A DNA stretch of 64,000 bases from Candidatus Eiseniibacteriota bacterium (GTDB lineage Bacteria; Eisenbacteria; RBG-16-71-46), in the NCBI GenBank assembly GCA_963776245.1, contig CAVZLN010000008.1, forward strand, positions 32,001 through 96,000. Direction: 5' to 3'. This document shows positions 10,743-20,188 of the stretch, piece by piece. The position numbers were made by a program, and so were the translations under genes. A model generated the notes under the pieces. That model did not search any database. It was not told where the DNA came from and was given only the letters and a program-made list of their open reading frames with translations. Each line of letters starts with the position of its first letter. The first letter of the stretch is position 1.

Positions 10743-11969
10743 ATGCGCGATCCCTCGACGTCCTCGATCCTCAAGGCGCTGCATCGCAAGCAGGAGAAGC
10801 ACCGGGCGCAGCTGACCCGCGTGGAGAAGACCACGGCGCAACTCGAGAAACGCAAGCTCAAGCTGGAGGCCCTGGAGTCGCGCATCGCCGATCTCGAGCG
10901 GCGGGCGGCCGACCCCGAAGCCGCGCGCCACAGTGACAAGGGCGATGGCCGGGGTGTGCTCCGGCGCGCCCAGCTGATCTTCAATCCAGCCTCCGGGCGC
11001 GATGCGCAGAACAACGCCATGCGCCTGTCCCAGATCGTCCGCAGCCTGCGCTCCCACCGCATCAAGGTCGAGATCGGGATCAAGACCTCGGGCCGTGCGG
11101 CGCGCATGCTGGCGCGCGACGCGGTCAAGGCCGGGGCACCGCTCGTGATCGTGGCGGCCGGCGACGGCACCATCGGTGACATCGCGTCGGAACTCGTCGG
11201 CAGTCCGACCGCACTGGGCATCGTTCCGATCGGCACCATGAACAACGTCGCTCGCTCGCTCGGCGTACCGCTCGACATCGACGACGCCTGCGCGCTGATC
11301 GGCATGGGCACGACGCGCCACATCGACCTCGGCCGGGTGCACACGATCGAGAACCCGCAGGGCGAGTACTTCCTCGAGTGCGCGGGAGTGGGCCTGAGCG
11401 CGATCGGTGCGCTCGCGGGGCAGTCGTCCGAGAAGCGACGGTGGCACACGCTCCCCCGCGCGTTTCGCCGCTTCTTCGAGACCCGGATCGGCGTGATGCG
11501 CGTCGAACTGGATGGCGTGGTCATCGAAGCCTCCACCCGCCTGGTGACCGTCTCGAACGCGCCGCTCATGGGGAACAACATGCTCGCCGCCCCGGGAGCC
11601 AAGATGGACGACGGGTTCCTCGACGTGTCGGTCTACGACGGGATGGGCAATGCGGCCCTGGTCGCGCATTTCCTCGCCGCGTCGTCCCAGGCGCCCGACG
11701 ATCTGAAGATCTACCGGGCCCGCCGGATGCGCATCACCACCGAGGAGCCGCTGCTCACCAATTCGGACATGAAGATCGGGCGCGTCCCCAACGTGGTCGA
11801 GATCGAGGTCGTTCCCGCCGCGCTGTCGGCGATCGTCGGCAACGGGATCGGACTCACGATCCCGGTCGCGTCGGCGCCCAAGGCCCCGACGTTCGCGGCG
11901 GACCCGCCGAACACCAACGGATCGAAGGACGACGCGCTGCTCGACGCGCTCGTGCCCGCCCATCCCTAG
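10743..11969 (+). CDS. Diacylglycerol/lipid kinase (YegS/BmrU family) with N-terminal coiled coil
   Basis: IFNPASG, AAGDGTI, PIGTMNNVARSLG, AKMDDGFLDV; N-terminal ~55-aa charged helix. Confidence 0.85.
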   Translation: MRDPSTSSILKALHRKQEKHRAQLTRVEKTTAQLEKRKLKLEALESRIADLERRAADPEAARHSDKGDGRGVLRRAQLIFNPASGRDAQNNAMRLSQIVRSLRSHRIKVEIGIKTSGRAARMLARDAVKAGAPLVIVAAGDGTIGDIASELVGSPTALGIVPIGTMNNVARSLGVPLDIDDACALIGMGTTRHIDLGRVHTIENPQGEYFLECAGVGLSAIGALAGQSSEKRRWHTLPRAFRRFFETRIGVMRVELDGVVIEASTRLVTVSNAPLMGNNMLAAPGAKMDDGFLDVSVYDGMGNAALVAHFLAASSQAPDDLKIYRARRMRITTEEPLLTNSDMKIGRVPNVVEIEVVPAALSAIVGNGIGLTIPVASAPKAPTFAADPPNTNGSKDDALLDALVPAHP

Positions 11970-12014
11970 CCGGGTCCGGCTTGCGCTCGCACCGCGGCCA
12001 TACGCACGCCGCGC

Positions 12015-13010
12015 TCAGCGAAGCGAGCGCACCAGCAGGGCGGCGAGGAAGCCCAGCACGGCCGTCACCGGGATCGTCAGCAGCCAGGCGTTCACCATCG
12101 TCGACGCCACGGCCCAGCGCACGGCGTTCAGCCGCTTCCAGGCACCGACGCCGAGGATGCACGAGCTGATGACGTGCGTCGTGCTGAGCGGGAAGCCCAG
12201 CCGCGAGGCGACCTGGATGACCGCCGCCGCGGAGGTCTCCGCGGCAAATCCGTGGATCGGCTGGAGTTGAGCGAGCCGGTTGCCCATCGTGTGGATGATC
12301 CGGCGTCCGCCCGCGAACGTGCCCGCGGCCATCGCCCCCGCGCTCAGCGCGATCACCCACGTGGGAACCCGGAACGACGGCAGGATGCCGCCGCTCACCA
12401 GCGCGAGCGTGATGATGCCCATCGTCTTCTGCGCGTCGTTGCCTCCGTGGCTGAACGCCATGAACGCCGCCGACACGATCTGGGTGCGCCGGAAGATGGG
12501 CCCGACACGCGCCGGCCGCATCGAGCCGAAGATCCTCGCGAGCAGGCGCATCAGCCCGACGGCGACCAGGAAGCCCACGACCGGGGACACCAGAAGCGGC
12601 AGCGCGACCTTGGTCCACAGCACCCCCCAGTGAACCGCTCCCGGCCCGAGGCTCGCGATCCCGGCTCCCAGCAGGCTGCCGACCAGGGCGTGGCTCGAGC
12701 TGCTGGGGATCCCGCGGTACCAGGTGATGAGGTTCCACGCGATCGCCGCGCCCAGCGCCGCGGCGATCGCCCCGAGCGGCACGGAGGCGCCCACGATGCC
12801 GCTACCCACGGTCTTCGCGACCTCGGTCCCGGTCATCGCGCCGATGAAGTTGAGAGCCCCCGCCATCGTGATCGCGACCCACGGCCTCATCACCCGGGTC
12901 GAGATGACGGTTGCGACCGCGTTCGCCGTGTCGTGGAATCCATTGATGAAGTCGAACACCACGGCCAGTCCGATGACCACCAGCAGAGGGGTGAGCGCCG
13001 GATCAGGCAT
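12015..13010 (-). CDS. pit: Inorganic phosphate transporter, PiT family
   Basis: NGFHDTANAVAT, GIPSSSSHALVG, HGGNDAQKTMG, PLSTTH. Confidence 0.92.
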   Translation of the reverse strand: MPDPALTPLLVVIGLAVVFDFINGFHDTANAVATVISTRVMRPWVAITMAGALNFIGAMTGTEVAKTVGSGIVGASVPLGAIAAALGAAIAWNLITWYRGIPSSSSHALVGSLLGAGIASLGPGAVHWGVLWTKVALPLLVSPVVGFLVAVGLMRLLARIFGSMRPARVGPIFRRTQIVSAAFMAFSHGGNDAQKTMGIITLALVSGGILPSFRVPTWVIALSAGAMAAGTFAGGRRIIHTMGNRLAQLQPIHGFAAETSAAAVIQVASRLGFPLSTTHVISSCILGVGAWKRLNAVRWAVASTMVNAWLLTIPVTAVLGFLAALLVRSLR

Positions 13011-13635
13011 GCTTGAGCACGAGCCCGCGCAGGACGTCCGCGATCTCCTCGGAGTCGTCGGTGACGTGCTCCATGGTCTCGTAGATGCGGCTCCACGCGA
13101 TCACCTCGGTGGGATCGTGCGGATGATGGAACAGGTCCATGATGCCCTGCCGCAACAGCGCGTCGCCCGCGTTCTCGAGCCGGTGGATCTCGACCACGCC
13201 CTCCTGCACCTGCCGCATCGCCGACCGGCTGCGCAGGTGCGGCAGCTGCCGGGCCACGACCTCGGTGCACTGGACGATGATCGCCGCCAGCGCGAGGGCG
13301 ACGGCGGTGGGGGTGCGAACGTTGTAGACCAGCATCGCGTCCGCGGCCTCGTGGATGTGGTCCATGACGTCGTCCAGGCCGGTCGCGATGGCGATGATGT
13401 CTTCGCGATCCATCGGCGGTATGAACACGCTGTTCAGCGCCGCGTACATCCGGTGGGTGATCTCGTCGCCCTTGTGCTCCAGGTCGTGCAGGCGCGCGAC
13501 CATGGTGCCGCGATCGCGGAAGTCCTGGCAGAGCCCATCCAGCAGGTTCGCCGCCTCGACGTTGTTCCGCGCCGCCTCTTCGAAACCACCGAAGAAGTCC
13601 ACCTTCGGCCTGCGCATCCTCTCGATGATCCCCAA
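13003..13635 (-). CDS. DUF47/PhoU-like Pit accessory protein
   Basis: LEHKGDEITH, FIPPMDREDI, LDDVMD, HRLENAGD; overlaps the pit start. Confidence 0.9.
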   Translation of the reverse strand: MGIIERMRRPKVDFFGGFEEAARNNVEAANLLDGLCQDFRDRGTMVARLHDLEHKGDEITHRMYAALNSVFIPPMDREDIIAIATGLDDVMDHIHEAADAMLVYNVRTPTAVALALAAIIVQCTEVVARQLPHLRSRSAMRQVQEGVVEIHRLENAGDALLRQGIMDLFHHPHDPTEVIAWSRIYETMEHVTDDSEEIADVLRGLVLKHA

Positions 13636-13665
13636 AGTCCCTCCTGGGAAGTCGTCCGTGGCGTG

Positions 13666-14334
13666 CTACTGGTTCGTGGCCGGCGGATCCACGCGCTCGG
13701 CCGCCCGCTCGGCCTCGGCCGTGGGGATGACGGGATGGGTGGCGGACTGCGCCGGGAGCACCTCGGGAGCGGGCTGCCCGAGCGCCGCCGCTTCGAGCGC
13801 CGCGCCCGGTGTGGGCGGTGGTGCGGCGTCCGGCGTCGGCTCCGCCACGGTGGCTTCGGCCTCGACCATGGCCTTGGGCTTCTCGATCCCCTCCCCCTCG
13901 ACGCGGGCCTCGTCGGGCCGTTCGGACACCAGGGCACGCAGCCGGCCCGCCAGCGCGCGCACCACCCCCTTGAGCAGCGTCAGGTCACCGGCGGCCACGT
14001 CGTAGAAGGCATCGCGGTGAAGCGCGAGCGCCACCCCGTCCTCGATGCACGCCGCCCCCTGCCCGCGCGAGGAATCGTCCACCAGGGCCCAGGTCCCGAA
14101 CGACTCGCCCGGACCGACCTCCGAGATCGTGCGCTCGCCGGAGGTGAGCCGCACCCGGCCCTCGACCATCATGTAGAGCGCATCGGCGATGTCGTCCTCC
14201 TGGAAGATGACCTCTCCCGCCGCGAGTTCGACCTCGCGCGCGAGTTCCGCCAGCTCCAGGAGGTGCCGCGGGCCCACCTCATGGAGCAGGTCCGCTCCCT
14301 TGAGGATCATCACCCGCTCGACCAAGGTCAGCAT
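13666..14334 (-). CDS. Cyclic-nucleotide-binding domain protein with Pro/Ala-rich tail
   Basis: MLTLVERVMILKG, GEVIFQEDD, LYMMVEGRV, GPGESFGTWAL..SSR; overlaps the NTT-HEAT stop. Confidence 0.8.
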   Translation of the reverse strand: MLTLVERVMILKGADLLHEVGPRHLLELAELAREVELAAGEVIFQEDDIADALYMMVEGRVRLTSGERTISEVGPGESFGTWALVDDSSRGQGAACIEDGVALALHRDAFYDVAAGDLTLLKGVVRALAGRLRALVSERPDEARVEGEGIEKPKAMVEAEATVAEPTPDAAPPPTPGAALEAAALGQPAPEVLPAQSATHPVIPTAEAERAAERVDPPATNQ

Positions 14335-17057
14335 GCCATCCCCCGCGCGGCCGCGTCCGGGGATCGGGCGCCGGCAAGCCCCAGCGAGACGATCTCGGCC
14401 CGCACCCGGGGGTCGTCGTCCTCGCCGGTCGCGAAGCCGCCCGGATCGAAGGATGGGGAGTGGCGCGAGGCGCGCACCGCGCAGGCGCGCAACCACCCGT
14501 CCTTCGAGTTCCAGGCGGCCCCGATCCACACCGCAAGCGGGTCCGGAGCGGTCGGCTCGTCCGCGGTCACGGTCACGGGTTCTTCGAAGACCTTTCTCAC
14601 CGCCCCGAAGATCGAGCGCGGCAGCATGTGCTCGAGGTACTCGAGGGCGGGCGAGGCGACCAGCCGGTCGCGCGAGCGAAGCCGCTCGAGGACGCCCATG
14701 AGCGGCCCGGGTTCATACCAGCACGCGAGCGCCTGCACGGCACGCTCCAGGGCGGTCTCGGCCGACTCCCGGTAGCTCTCGGCGAGCAGCCTGACCTCCG
14801 TGGCGGGGTGCGATCCGAGCGCAGTGGCCGGGTCGAGGCAGTCCCGGTAATCGCGGAGTTCACGCAGGAAGAGCCGGTGCACGACGTGTTGCGCCAGCAC
14901 CGGCTGCCCCAGACGCACGCGCACCCGCGCCAGCCCCCGCAGCCCGAGGTGTCGCATCCCGAGGTCGCCGCTGCGGGCGAGCCTCTCGAGCGCCGCCTGG
15001 GCGCGACGACTCCCGATCTGCGCCAGGACGTTGGCGGCGAGCGACGGGGCGCGGTCCCCCCCCGCGCCGTCCAGCAGGCGCTCGAGACCGGGCACCGCAG
15101 GATCGCCGACCGCCGCGACCGCCATCCGCGCCTCGTAGTGGAGCCCGGGCACGACGAGTAGGGGCAACAGCACGTCGAGGATCTCGCGCGAAGGCCGGCG
15201 GATCGCGGACAGCAGGGCGGCCCTGCGGATCTCGGGATCCGGATGCGCGAGCAGGGCACGCAGCCGCCGCACGGGCGCCTGGCCGGTCAGCGCCCCCAGC
15301 CCACGAGCGGCGAGCAGCAGGTCCTCGCCGCGGGTCGAGGCAAGGCGGGCATCGACCCATTCCAGGGTGAGGGCCGCCCGCGCCGAGCACGGCAGCTCGA
15401 ACAGCACGTCGACGGCGTACTGCTGCAGCGTCCGGTCGTCCCCCGCGAGCACCTGGCGGGCGAACTCCTCGGGACGCGGGCCCCGCACCAGCAGGTGGCG
15501 CATCGCCGCGCGGCGCAGCACCTCGTGCGGCTCGCTCAGGAAGCCGGCGATCCGGTTTTCGCGATCGGCCAGGCCCAGCGATTCCATCGCGGCCACGGCG
15601 GCGGCGCGCACATCGGGCGACCCATGCGCCAGGCACTCGCGCACGGCCAGCACGATACGCGCATCTTTCACCTCGCCGCTGAGCCGCAGGGCGAGGACGA
15701 TCCGCCGTTCATCCTCGGCGTGCAGGGCTTCGACCAGCGCCCGGCGCGCCGCCGGGATGCGCAGCGCCTCGGGGGTCTCCTCGGGCTCGATCCAGCGGCT
15801 GCTGAGGACCTGCTGGAACGCGCGGCCGTACTGGCGATCGAGTGCGAACAGCATGCCGATCCATGCCACCGTGAGGACGGCGGTGATGGTCGCGATCATC
15901 GCCACCGGCACGCGCAGCACGTGGAGCGCGACCACCAGCAGCACGCCGACCGCCGCATCCGACCAGCGCTCGACCAGGGTGTCGACGGCGGGCTTGATGC
16001 GCCGGCGCTGACTCGGACGGATCGCGGTGTAGTAGATCTCGTTGGTCGACTTCCCCAGCGTCTGCGAGAGCACGCCCTGGATCCACCGCATCGCGACCAC
16101 CACCCACATGCCGGGGGCGACCGCCGCCCACGAGGCCAGGCCCAGGACCGTCGCGGGCTGGAGACCGGTCGAGAAGCCGAGGCCCAGGCGCTGCAGCAGC
16201 CATCCCGCCGCGCCGAACTGGAACAACAGCGAGAGCCCGTTGAGTCCGACGTAGAACCGGCCCAGGAACCGCGTCAGCGCCTGGGGATCGGGATAGCGGT
16301 GCTGGAGGAAGTACTTGAACTGGAAGTCCACCAGGGTGCCCACGATCACCGACAGCGCGAGCACGATGACGAGGATCATGATGTAGGGCGATCGGCGGAT
16401 GATCTTCCAGGGCGATGTGGCGATGTCCCGGGGGCGCTGTCGATGCGTGCGATGGGCCTCGAGGTTGCGCGTGAGCGCGCGGGCCGCCAGCAGGAAGACC
16501 GGCAGCGTCCACATCAGGCCGACCCGCTGGATGAGAGGTGTCGACCAGCCGGCCAGCGCGCCGCCGGCCAGCCCGCCGAGCAGCCCGCAGCCCGCCAGCA
16601 ACGGGAACACCCGGCGCGCCCGGCGCGAATCCCACAGGTCGAGCGCGAGGCCCCAGAAGTGGGGCAGCAGCATCATCGCCTGGCTGCCGGTCCACACGTA
16701 GAAGACCGCCGTGGTCCAGCGGTGCGCGTGGGGATAGGCGAGCGCCGCCACCACGCTGCACGCGATCGCGAGGTACTGATTGAAGCCCCGGACCCCGACG
16801 AGCGTGAAGCGCCCGGCCCAGCGGGCCTCGAACCAGACGAACCCCGCCGTGCCCAGCGCGACCGCCACGTACGCATAGGGCAGCGCCATCGCGCCGAACT
16901 CCGCCAGGAAGAGCGCGTCGCGGAGCACCTTCGCGACCGTGTAGGCGCCGTACAGCACGGCGACCAGCACCCCCATGAGGGCGAGCCGGCGCCCCTCGTC
17001 CGGCTCGAGGCCGAGCCGGCGCGCGAGGCTGTCGAAGGGACGCCTGACATCCATCAC
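14328..17057 (-). CDS. NTT/TLC-family nucleotide transporter fused to HEAT repeats
   Basis: N-terminal ~12 TM (AKVLRDALFL, FWGLALDLWD..ARRVF, LVDFQFK, RRRIKPAVDTLVER); C-terminal HEAT repeats (SPDVRAAAV, DPEIRRAAL, WLRACAV). Confidence 0.8.
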   Translation of the reverse strand: MMDVRRPFDSLARRLGLEPDEGRRLALMGVLVAVLYGAYTVAKVLRDALFLAEFGAMALPYAYVAVALGTAGFVWFEARWAGRFTLVGVRGFNQYLAIACSVVAALAYPHAHRWTTAVFYVWTGSQAMMLLPHFWGLALDLWDSRRARRVFPLLAGCGLLGGLAGGALAGWSTPLIQRVGLMWTLPVFLLAARALTRNLEAHRTHRQRPRDIATSPWKIIRRSPYIMILVIVLALSVIVGTLVDFQFKYFLQHRYPDPQALTRFLGRFYVGLNGLSLLFQFGAAGWLLQRLGLGFSTGLQPATVLGLASWAAVAPGMWVVVAMRWIQGVLSQTLGKSTNEIYYTAIRPSQRRRIKPAVDTLVERWSDAAVGVLLVVALHVLRVPVAMIATITAVLTVAWIGMLFALDRQYGRAFQQVLSSRWIEPEETPEALRIPAARRALVEALHAEDERRIVLALRLSGEVKDARIVLAVRECLAHGSPDVRAAAVAAMESLGLADRENRIAGFLSEPHEVLRRAAMRHLLVRGPRPEEFARQVLAGDDRTLQQYAVDVLFELPCSARAALTLEWVDARLASTRGEDLLLAARGLGALTGQAPVRRLRALLAHPDPEIRRAALLSAIRRPSREILDVLLPLLVVPGLHYEARMAVAAVGDPAVPGLERLLDGAGGDRAPSLAANVLAQIGSRRAQAALERLARSGDLGMRHLGLRGLARVRVRLGQPVLAQHVVHRLFLRELRDYRDCLDPATALGSHPATEVRLLAESYRESAETALERAVQALACWYEPGPLMGVLERLRSRDRLVASPALEYLEHMLPRSIFGAVRKVFEEPVTVTADEPTAPDPLAVWIGAAWNSKDGWLRACAVRASRHSPSFDPGGFATGEDDDPRVRAEIVSLGLAGARSPDAAARGMAC

Positions 17058-17066
17058 CGGAACCTC

Positions 17067-18476
17067 TCAGGCGACCTGGGCGAGCTTACCGTAGCGCCTG
17101 CCGATCGCGATGGCGAGGAGGAGCCACACCACGATCAGTCCCACGTTCACCAGCGCGAACTGACGGGCGGCGAAGCCCAGCCAGGTCGTGCCCGCGAAGA
17201 CCATGCCCGCCGAGATCACGTCGCCGAAGCGCACGAAGAAGGTGTCGTTCGCCTGTTTGGCCTTGTACTTCGCCTCGCGACTGGTGGGCAGGTAGAGCTC
17301 ATTGCGCGTGGTGTTCTGCAGCGAGTAGTCCAGCGAGTTCTCCGCCAGCTTGGCGCCGCGGATGAATCCGATCAGCGGCACGAACGCCATCGCGGTGTAG
17401 CCGATCATCGCCACGACCGGCAGGATGAGCAGCGCGGTGCGCACCCCGAAGTACTTGAGCACGCGCGAGACGACGAACGCCTGGAGGACGGCCGAGATGA
17501 TGTTCACCAGCGTGAAGTAGTTGCCGTAGAACTCGCCGATCACCTTCTTCTCGTCCAGGCCGCCGGTGGCCGCGGCGCCGTGCGCCGCGGTGTAGAGCGA
17601 CACGACGGTCCGTCCGAGGATGTACTCGCCGTTCGTGTTCACGATGTTGTAGACCAGCATCAGGCCCGCGATCAGCAGCAGGTAGCGATCCGCGAACACC
17701 AGGGCGAAGCCGCTGCGACCGCTGATCGGCTGGTCCGCGATCTCACCCTTCGCTGCCCTCGCCCCCGCGCCGGCGGGCGCCGCCGCGGCGCCGGGCGTCG
17801 GGGTCGCGCGGTGGCCCTTCTCGCGGACGTTGATGACGCTCGTGAGCAGCATGCACACGCCGAGGATCGCCGCGGCGCCCAACATGAAGGGATACGGACC
17901 GTACGCCTTGACCAGCTGACCGGTGGCGAACGAACCGGCGATCGCCCCCAGCGCGGCCCCGACGCCCACGACCGCGAACAGGCGCTGGCCCTGCTCGACG
18001 GTGTAGATGTCGTTCGCGTAGGCCCACAACTGGGCGATGATCATCAGGCTGAAGATCCCCACCCAGATGAAGAAGGCCACCCCGATCGGCACGTTCGAAC
18101 GGCTGAGGACGAAGAACGTGATCAGGCAGGCGATGAAGAACATCGTGACGCCATTGATCAGCTTGACGCGGGAGACCCGCGACGCCACCGCGCTGTACAG
18201 CGGGACGACCAGGATCAGGAGGCCGGCGGTCGCCGCCGCCGCGTAGCTCTTCACCTCCGCCCCTCCGGGAACGCTCAGGATGAGCGGCTCCCGGATGGTC
18301 TTGAGCAGGTAATAGGCCGCCAGCAGCAGGAACACGTTGAGCATCAGGAGCAGCGCCGTCGCGCCCTCGCCACCGCGCACCTCGGCGAACAGGCCGAGCA
18401 CGTGATCGAGCGGCCCCTTGCGCCCGGCGCCCGCGCTTCCGGCCCGGGGTGCCTCGTTCGTCGCGATGGTCTGCAT
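17067..18476 (-). CDS. NTT/TLC-family (Npt1/Npt2-like) nucleotide transporter
   Basis: AYYLLKTIREPLIL, LWAYANDIY..QRLF, ENSLDYSLQNT..LYLPTSREAKYKAK; about 12 TM. Confidence 0.85.
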   Translation of the reverse strand: MQTIATNEAPRAGSAGAGRKGPLDHVLGLFAEVRGGEGATALLLMLNVFLLLAAYYLLKTIREPLILSVPGGAEVKSYAAAATAGLLILVVPLYSAVASRVSRVKLINGVTMFFIACLITFFVLSRSNVPIGVAFFIWVGIFSLMIIAQLWAYANDIYTVEQGQRLFAVVGVGAALGAIAGSFATGQLVKAYGPYPFMLGAAAILGVCMLLTSVINVREKGHRATPTPGAAAAPAGAGARAAKGEIADQPISGRSGFALVFADRYLLLIAGLMLVYNIVNTNGEYILGRTVVSLYTAAHGAAATGGLDEKKVIGEFYGNYFTLVNIISAVLQAFVVSRVLKYFGVRTALLILPVVAMIGYTAMAFVPLIGFIRGAKLAENSLDYSLQNTTRNELYLPTSREAKYKAKQANDTFFVRFGDVISAGMVFAGTTWLGFAARQFALVNVGLIVVWLLLAIAIGRRYGKLAQVA

Positions 18477-18520
18477 GTCGCTTCCTCCTGCGTGGGTCCG
18501 CCACGGCGCGGGTGCGTCGC

Positions 18521-20188
18521 CTATCGGACGGGTGGCTTGCTCGGTGCGACCGGGGGCTGCGCCCGCTTGCGCGCCGCGAGCGAATCGCGCTTCGCCGCCG
18601 CGACGGAATCGCGCACCGTGACCGCCCGGCTCACCTGCCGCCGGCTGGTCTCGCGTGGCGAGGGCTTGGTCAGGATGCGCTGGCTGTTCGCCAGGGTGTC
18701 CACCCTGGCCGGGTTAGACTTCTTGACGTCTCCCTCCTGCGGCGGAGTGGTCGGCGGCCCCTTCGGAAGGATGGGCATCTTGTGCTCGTCGATCCTGGGG
18801 ACGCCGTAACGCGTGAAGTCGATGCGCACCTTGTCGGCGAGCGTCGTCCTGGACTGCGCGTCCACCGCGTAGGTGTAGATCTCGCCGCCGCCGAACCACA
18901 GGCGCACATGGATGAAATGGTTGAAGGAGCCCGTGAAGACGTTCTCGGGCTTGACCGTGGAGCCCGCCACCCGGTACTCGGAGAACATCTGAGCGCTCTG
19001 TGCGGGCGGCGGGAGGGCGTGCAGGGGCGCTCCGCCGCCGCCGGTGACGATGTCGATCATCACGGCGTCGGGCCACGTGAACAGGGCGCGCTCGTAGGCG
19101 TGTTCGTGTCCCGCCGCGAGCACGCCGATGCCCGCGTCGTGCATCGCCGCCATCATGCGCTCGCGCCGCGCGCGCAGCACCGAGTCCGCCTGCCACTCGT
19201 CGCGATGGAAGGCGACGGAGAACGGCGGATGGTGCAGGAACACGAACGCGGGACCGTTGTGCTCCTTGAGCCGCGCCACCATCCAGCTGATCTCCTCGTC
19301 CGAGTACTTGATTTGGACCTCGCGCGTCCACAGATGGGCGGGATCCGCCATCGGGTTCGAGTCCAGCGCGATGAAGCGCACCCAGCCGTCCGCGGAGTCG
19401 AAGCAGTAGTAGAGGCGGTCGCCGCCCACCGGGAGCCCGGTGGCGGTTCGCCAGTTCGCGATGCCTTCCACGGCATCGGTGCGCTCGTGATTGCCCGCGA
19501 CCGGGAAGTAGGGCACGCGCGACGTGAGGGGCTGGTTGATCCTCAGGAAGCGCTCCCACTGCATGGGGCGGCGCCCATCGGTCACCAGGTCACCGGTGTT
19601 GATCACCGCGGCGACCATCTCCCCGTTGACGCGCAGCGAATCGATCTTGGCCAGCATCGCCGAGACCACCTTCCGTTCGGGGCCCCAGGTGGGGAGGTGT
19701 CGCAGCCGGCCGGGGATGTCCCGCAGCAGGGCGAGATCGGGGTACAGCCCGTGGAAGAACAGGGACGGGATGGCGGCCAGTCCCTTGAGGAACTTCCCCG
19801 AGCCGGGCAGGAACATGCCCCGGATCGCGTAGTACTGCGGCGCCAGCCGGGTCGAGCGGTTGCCCGGGCGATTGTCCCCGAGCAGCAGGATGTTCAGCGT
19901 GTCGGCGGTGAACCCATTGCGCAGGCGCCCGAGGTAGCGCCGGGACGAATCGGCCGTGCCCGGGATCAGGCCGATCAGCGTGTCCCCGAACATCGGACCC
20001 AGCTCCACCGCACCCGCGCGGCCACCCGCGCGCGCCCCGGCCGTCGAGTCGACCTTGACCGGCGCCACGGTCTGCGGGACGTAGCTGAGGCGCCCGATGG
20101 CGGCGCAGCCGGTCAGCGTCGCCGCGGCGACGCCCACCATCAGGACGAGTCCGATGCGCGTCGATGGGGAGTTTCCGCGCGGGGTCAT
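18521..20188 (-). CDS. Lipoprotein calcineurin-like metallophosphoesterase
   Basis: Lipobox LTGC; motifs GDNR, TGDLV, AGNHE, HHPP, AGHEH; ATGA overlap with the upstream gene. Confidence 0.85.
   Translation of the reverse strand: MTPRGNSPSTRIGLVLMVGVAAATLTGCAAIGRLSYVPQTVAPVKVDSTAGARAGGRAGAVELGPMFGDTLIGLIPGTADSSRRYLGRLRNGFTADTLNILLLGDNRPGNRSTRLAPQYYAIRGMFLPGSGKFLKGLAAIPSLFFHGLYPDLALLRDIPGRLRHLPTWGPERKVVSAMLAKIDSLRVNGEMVAAVINTGDLVTDGRRPMQWERFLRINQPLTSRVPYFPVAGNHERTDAVEGIANWRTATGLPVGGDRLYYCFDSADGWVRFIALDSNPMADPAHLWTREVQIKYSDEEISWMVARLKEHNGPAFVFLHHPPFSVAFHRDEWQADSVLRARRERMMAAMHDAGIGVLAAGHEHAYERALFTWPDAVMIDIVTGGGGAPLHALPPPAQSAQMFSEYRVAGSTVKPENVFTGSFNHFIHVRLWFGGGEIYTYAVDAQSRTTLADKVRIDFTRYGVPRIDEHKMPILPKGPPTTPPQEGDVKKSNPARVDTLANSQRILTKPSPRETSRRQVSRAVTVRDSVAAAKRDSLAARKRAQPPVAPSKPPVR

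Noticed and set aside
15243..18809. 1188-aa plus-strand ORF and similar long ORFs (37731-40916, 52600-55659, 34527-36989, 12724-14775)
   Set aside because: Antisense shadows of real genes; stop codons are rare at this GC content and these ORFs have no recognisable motifs.
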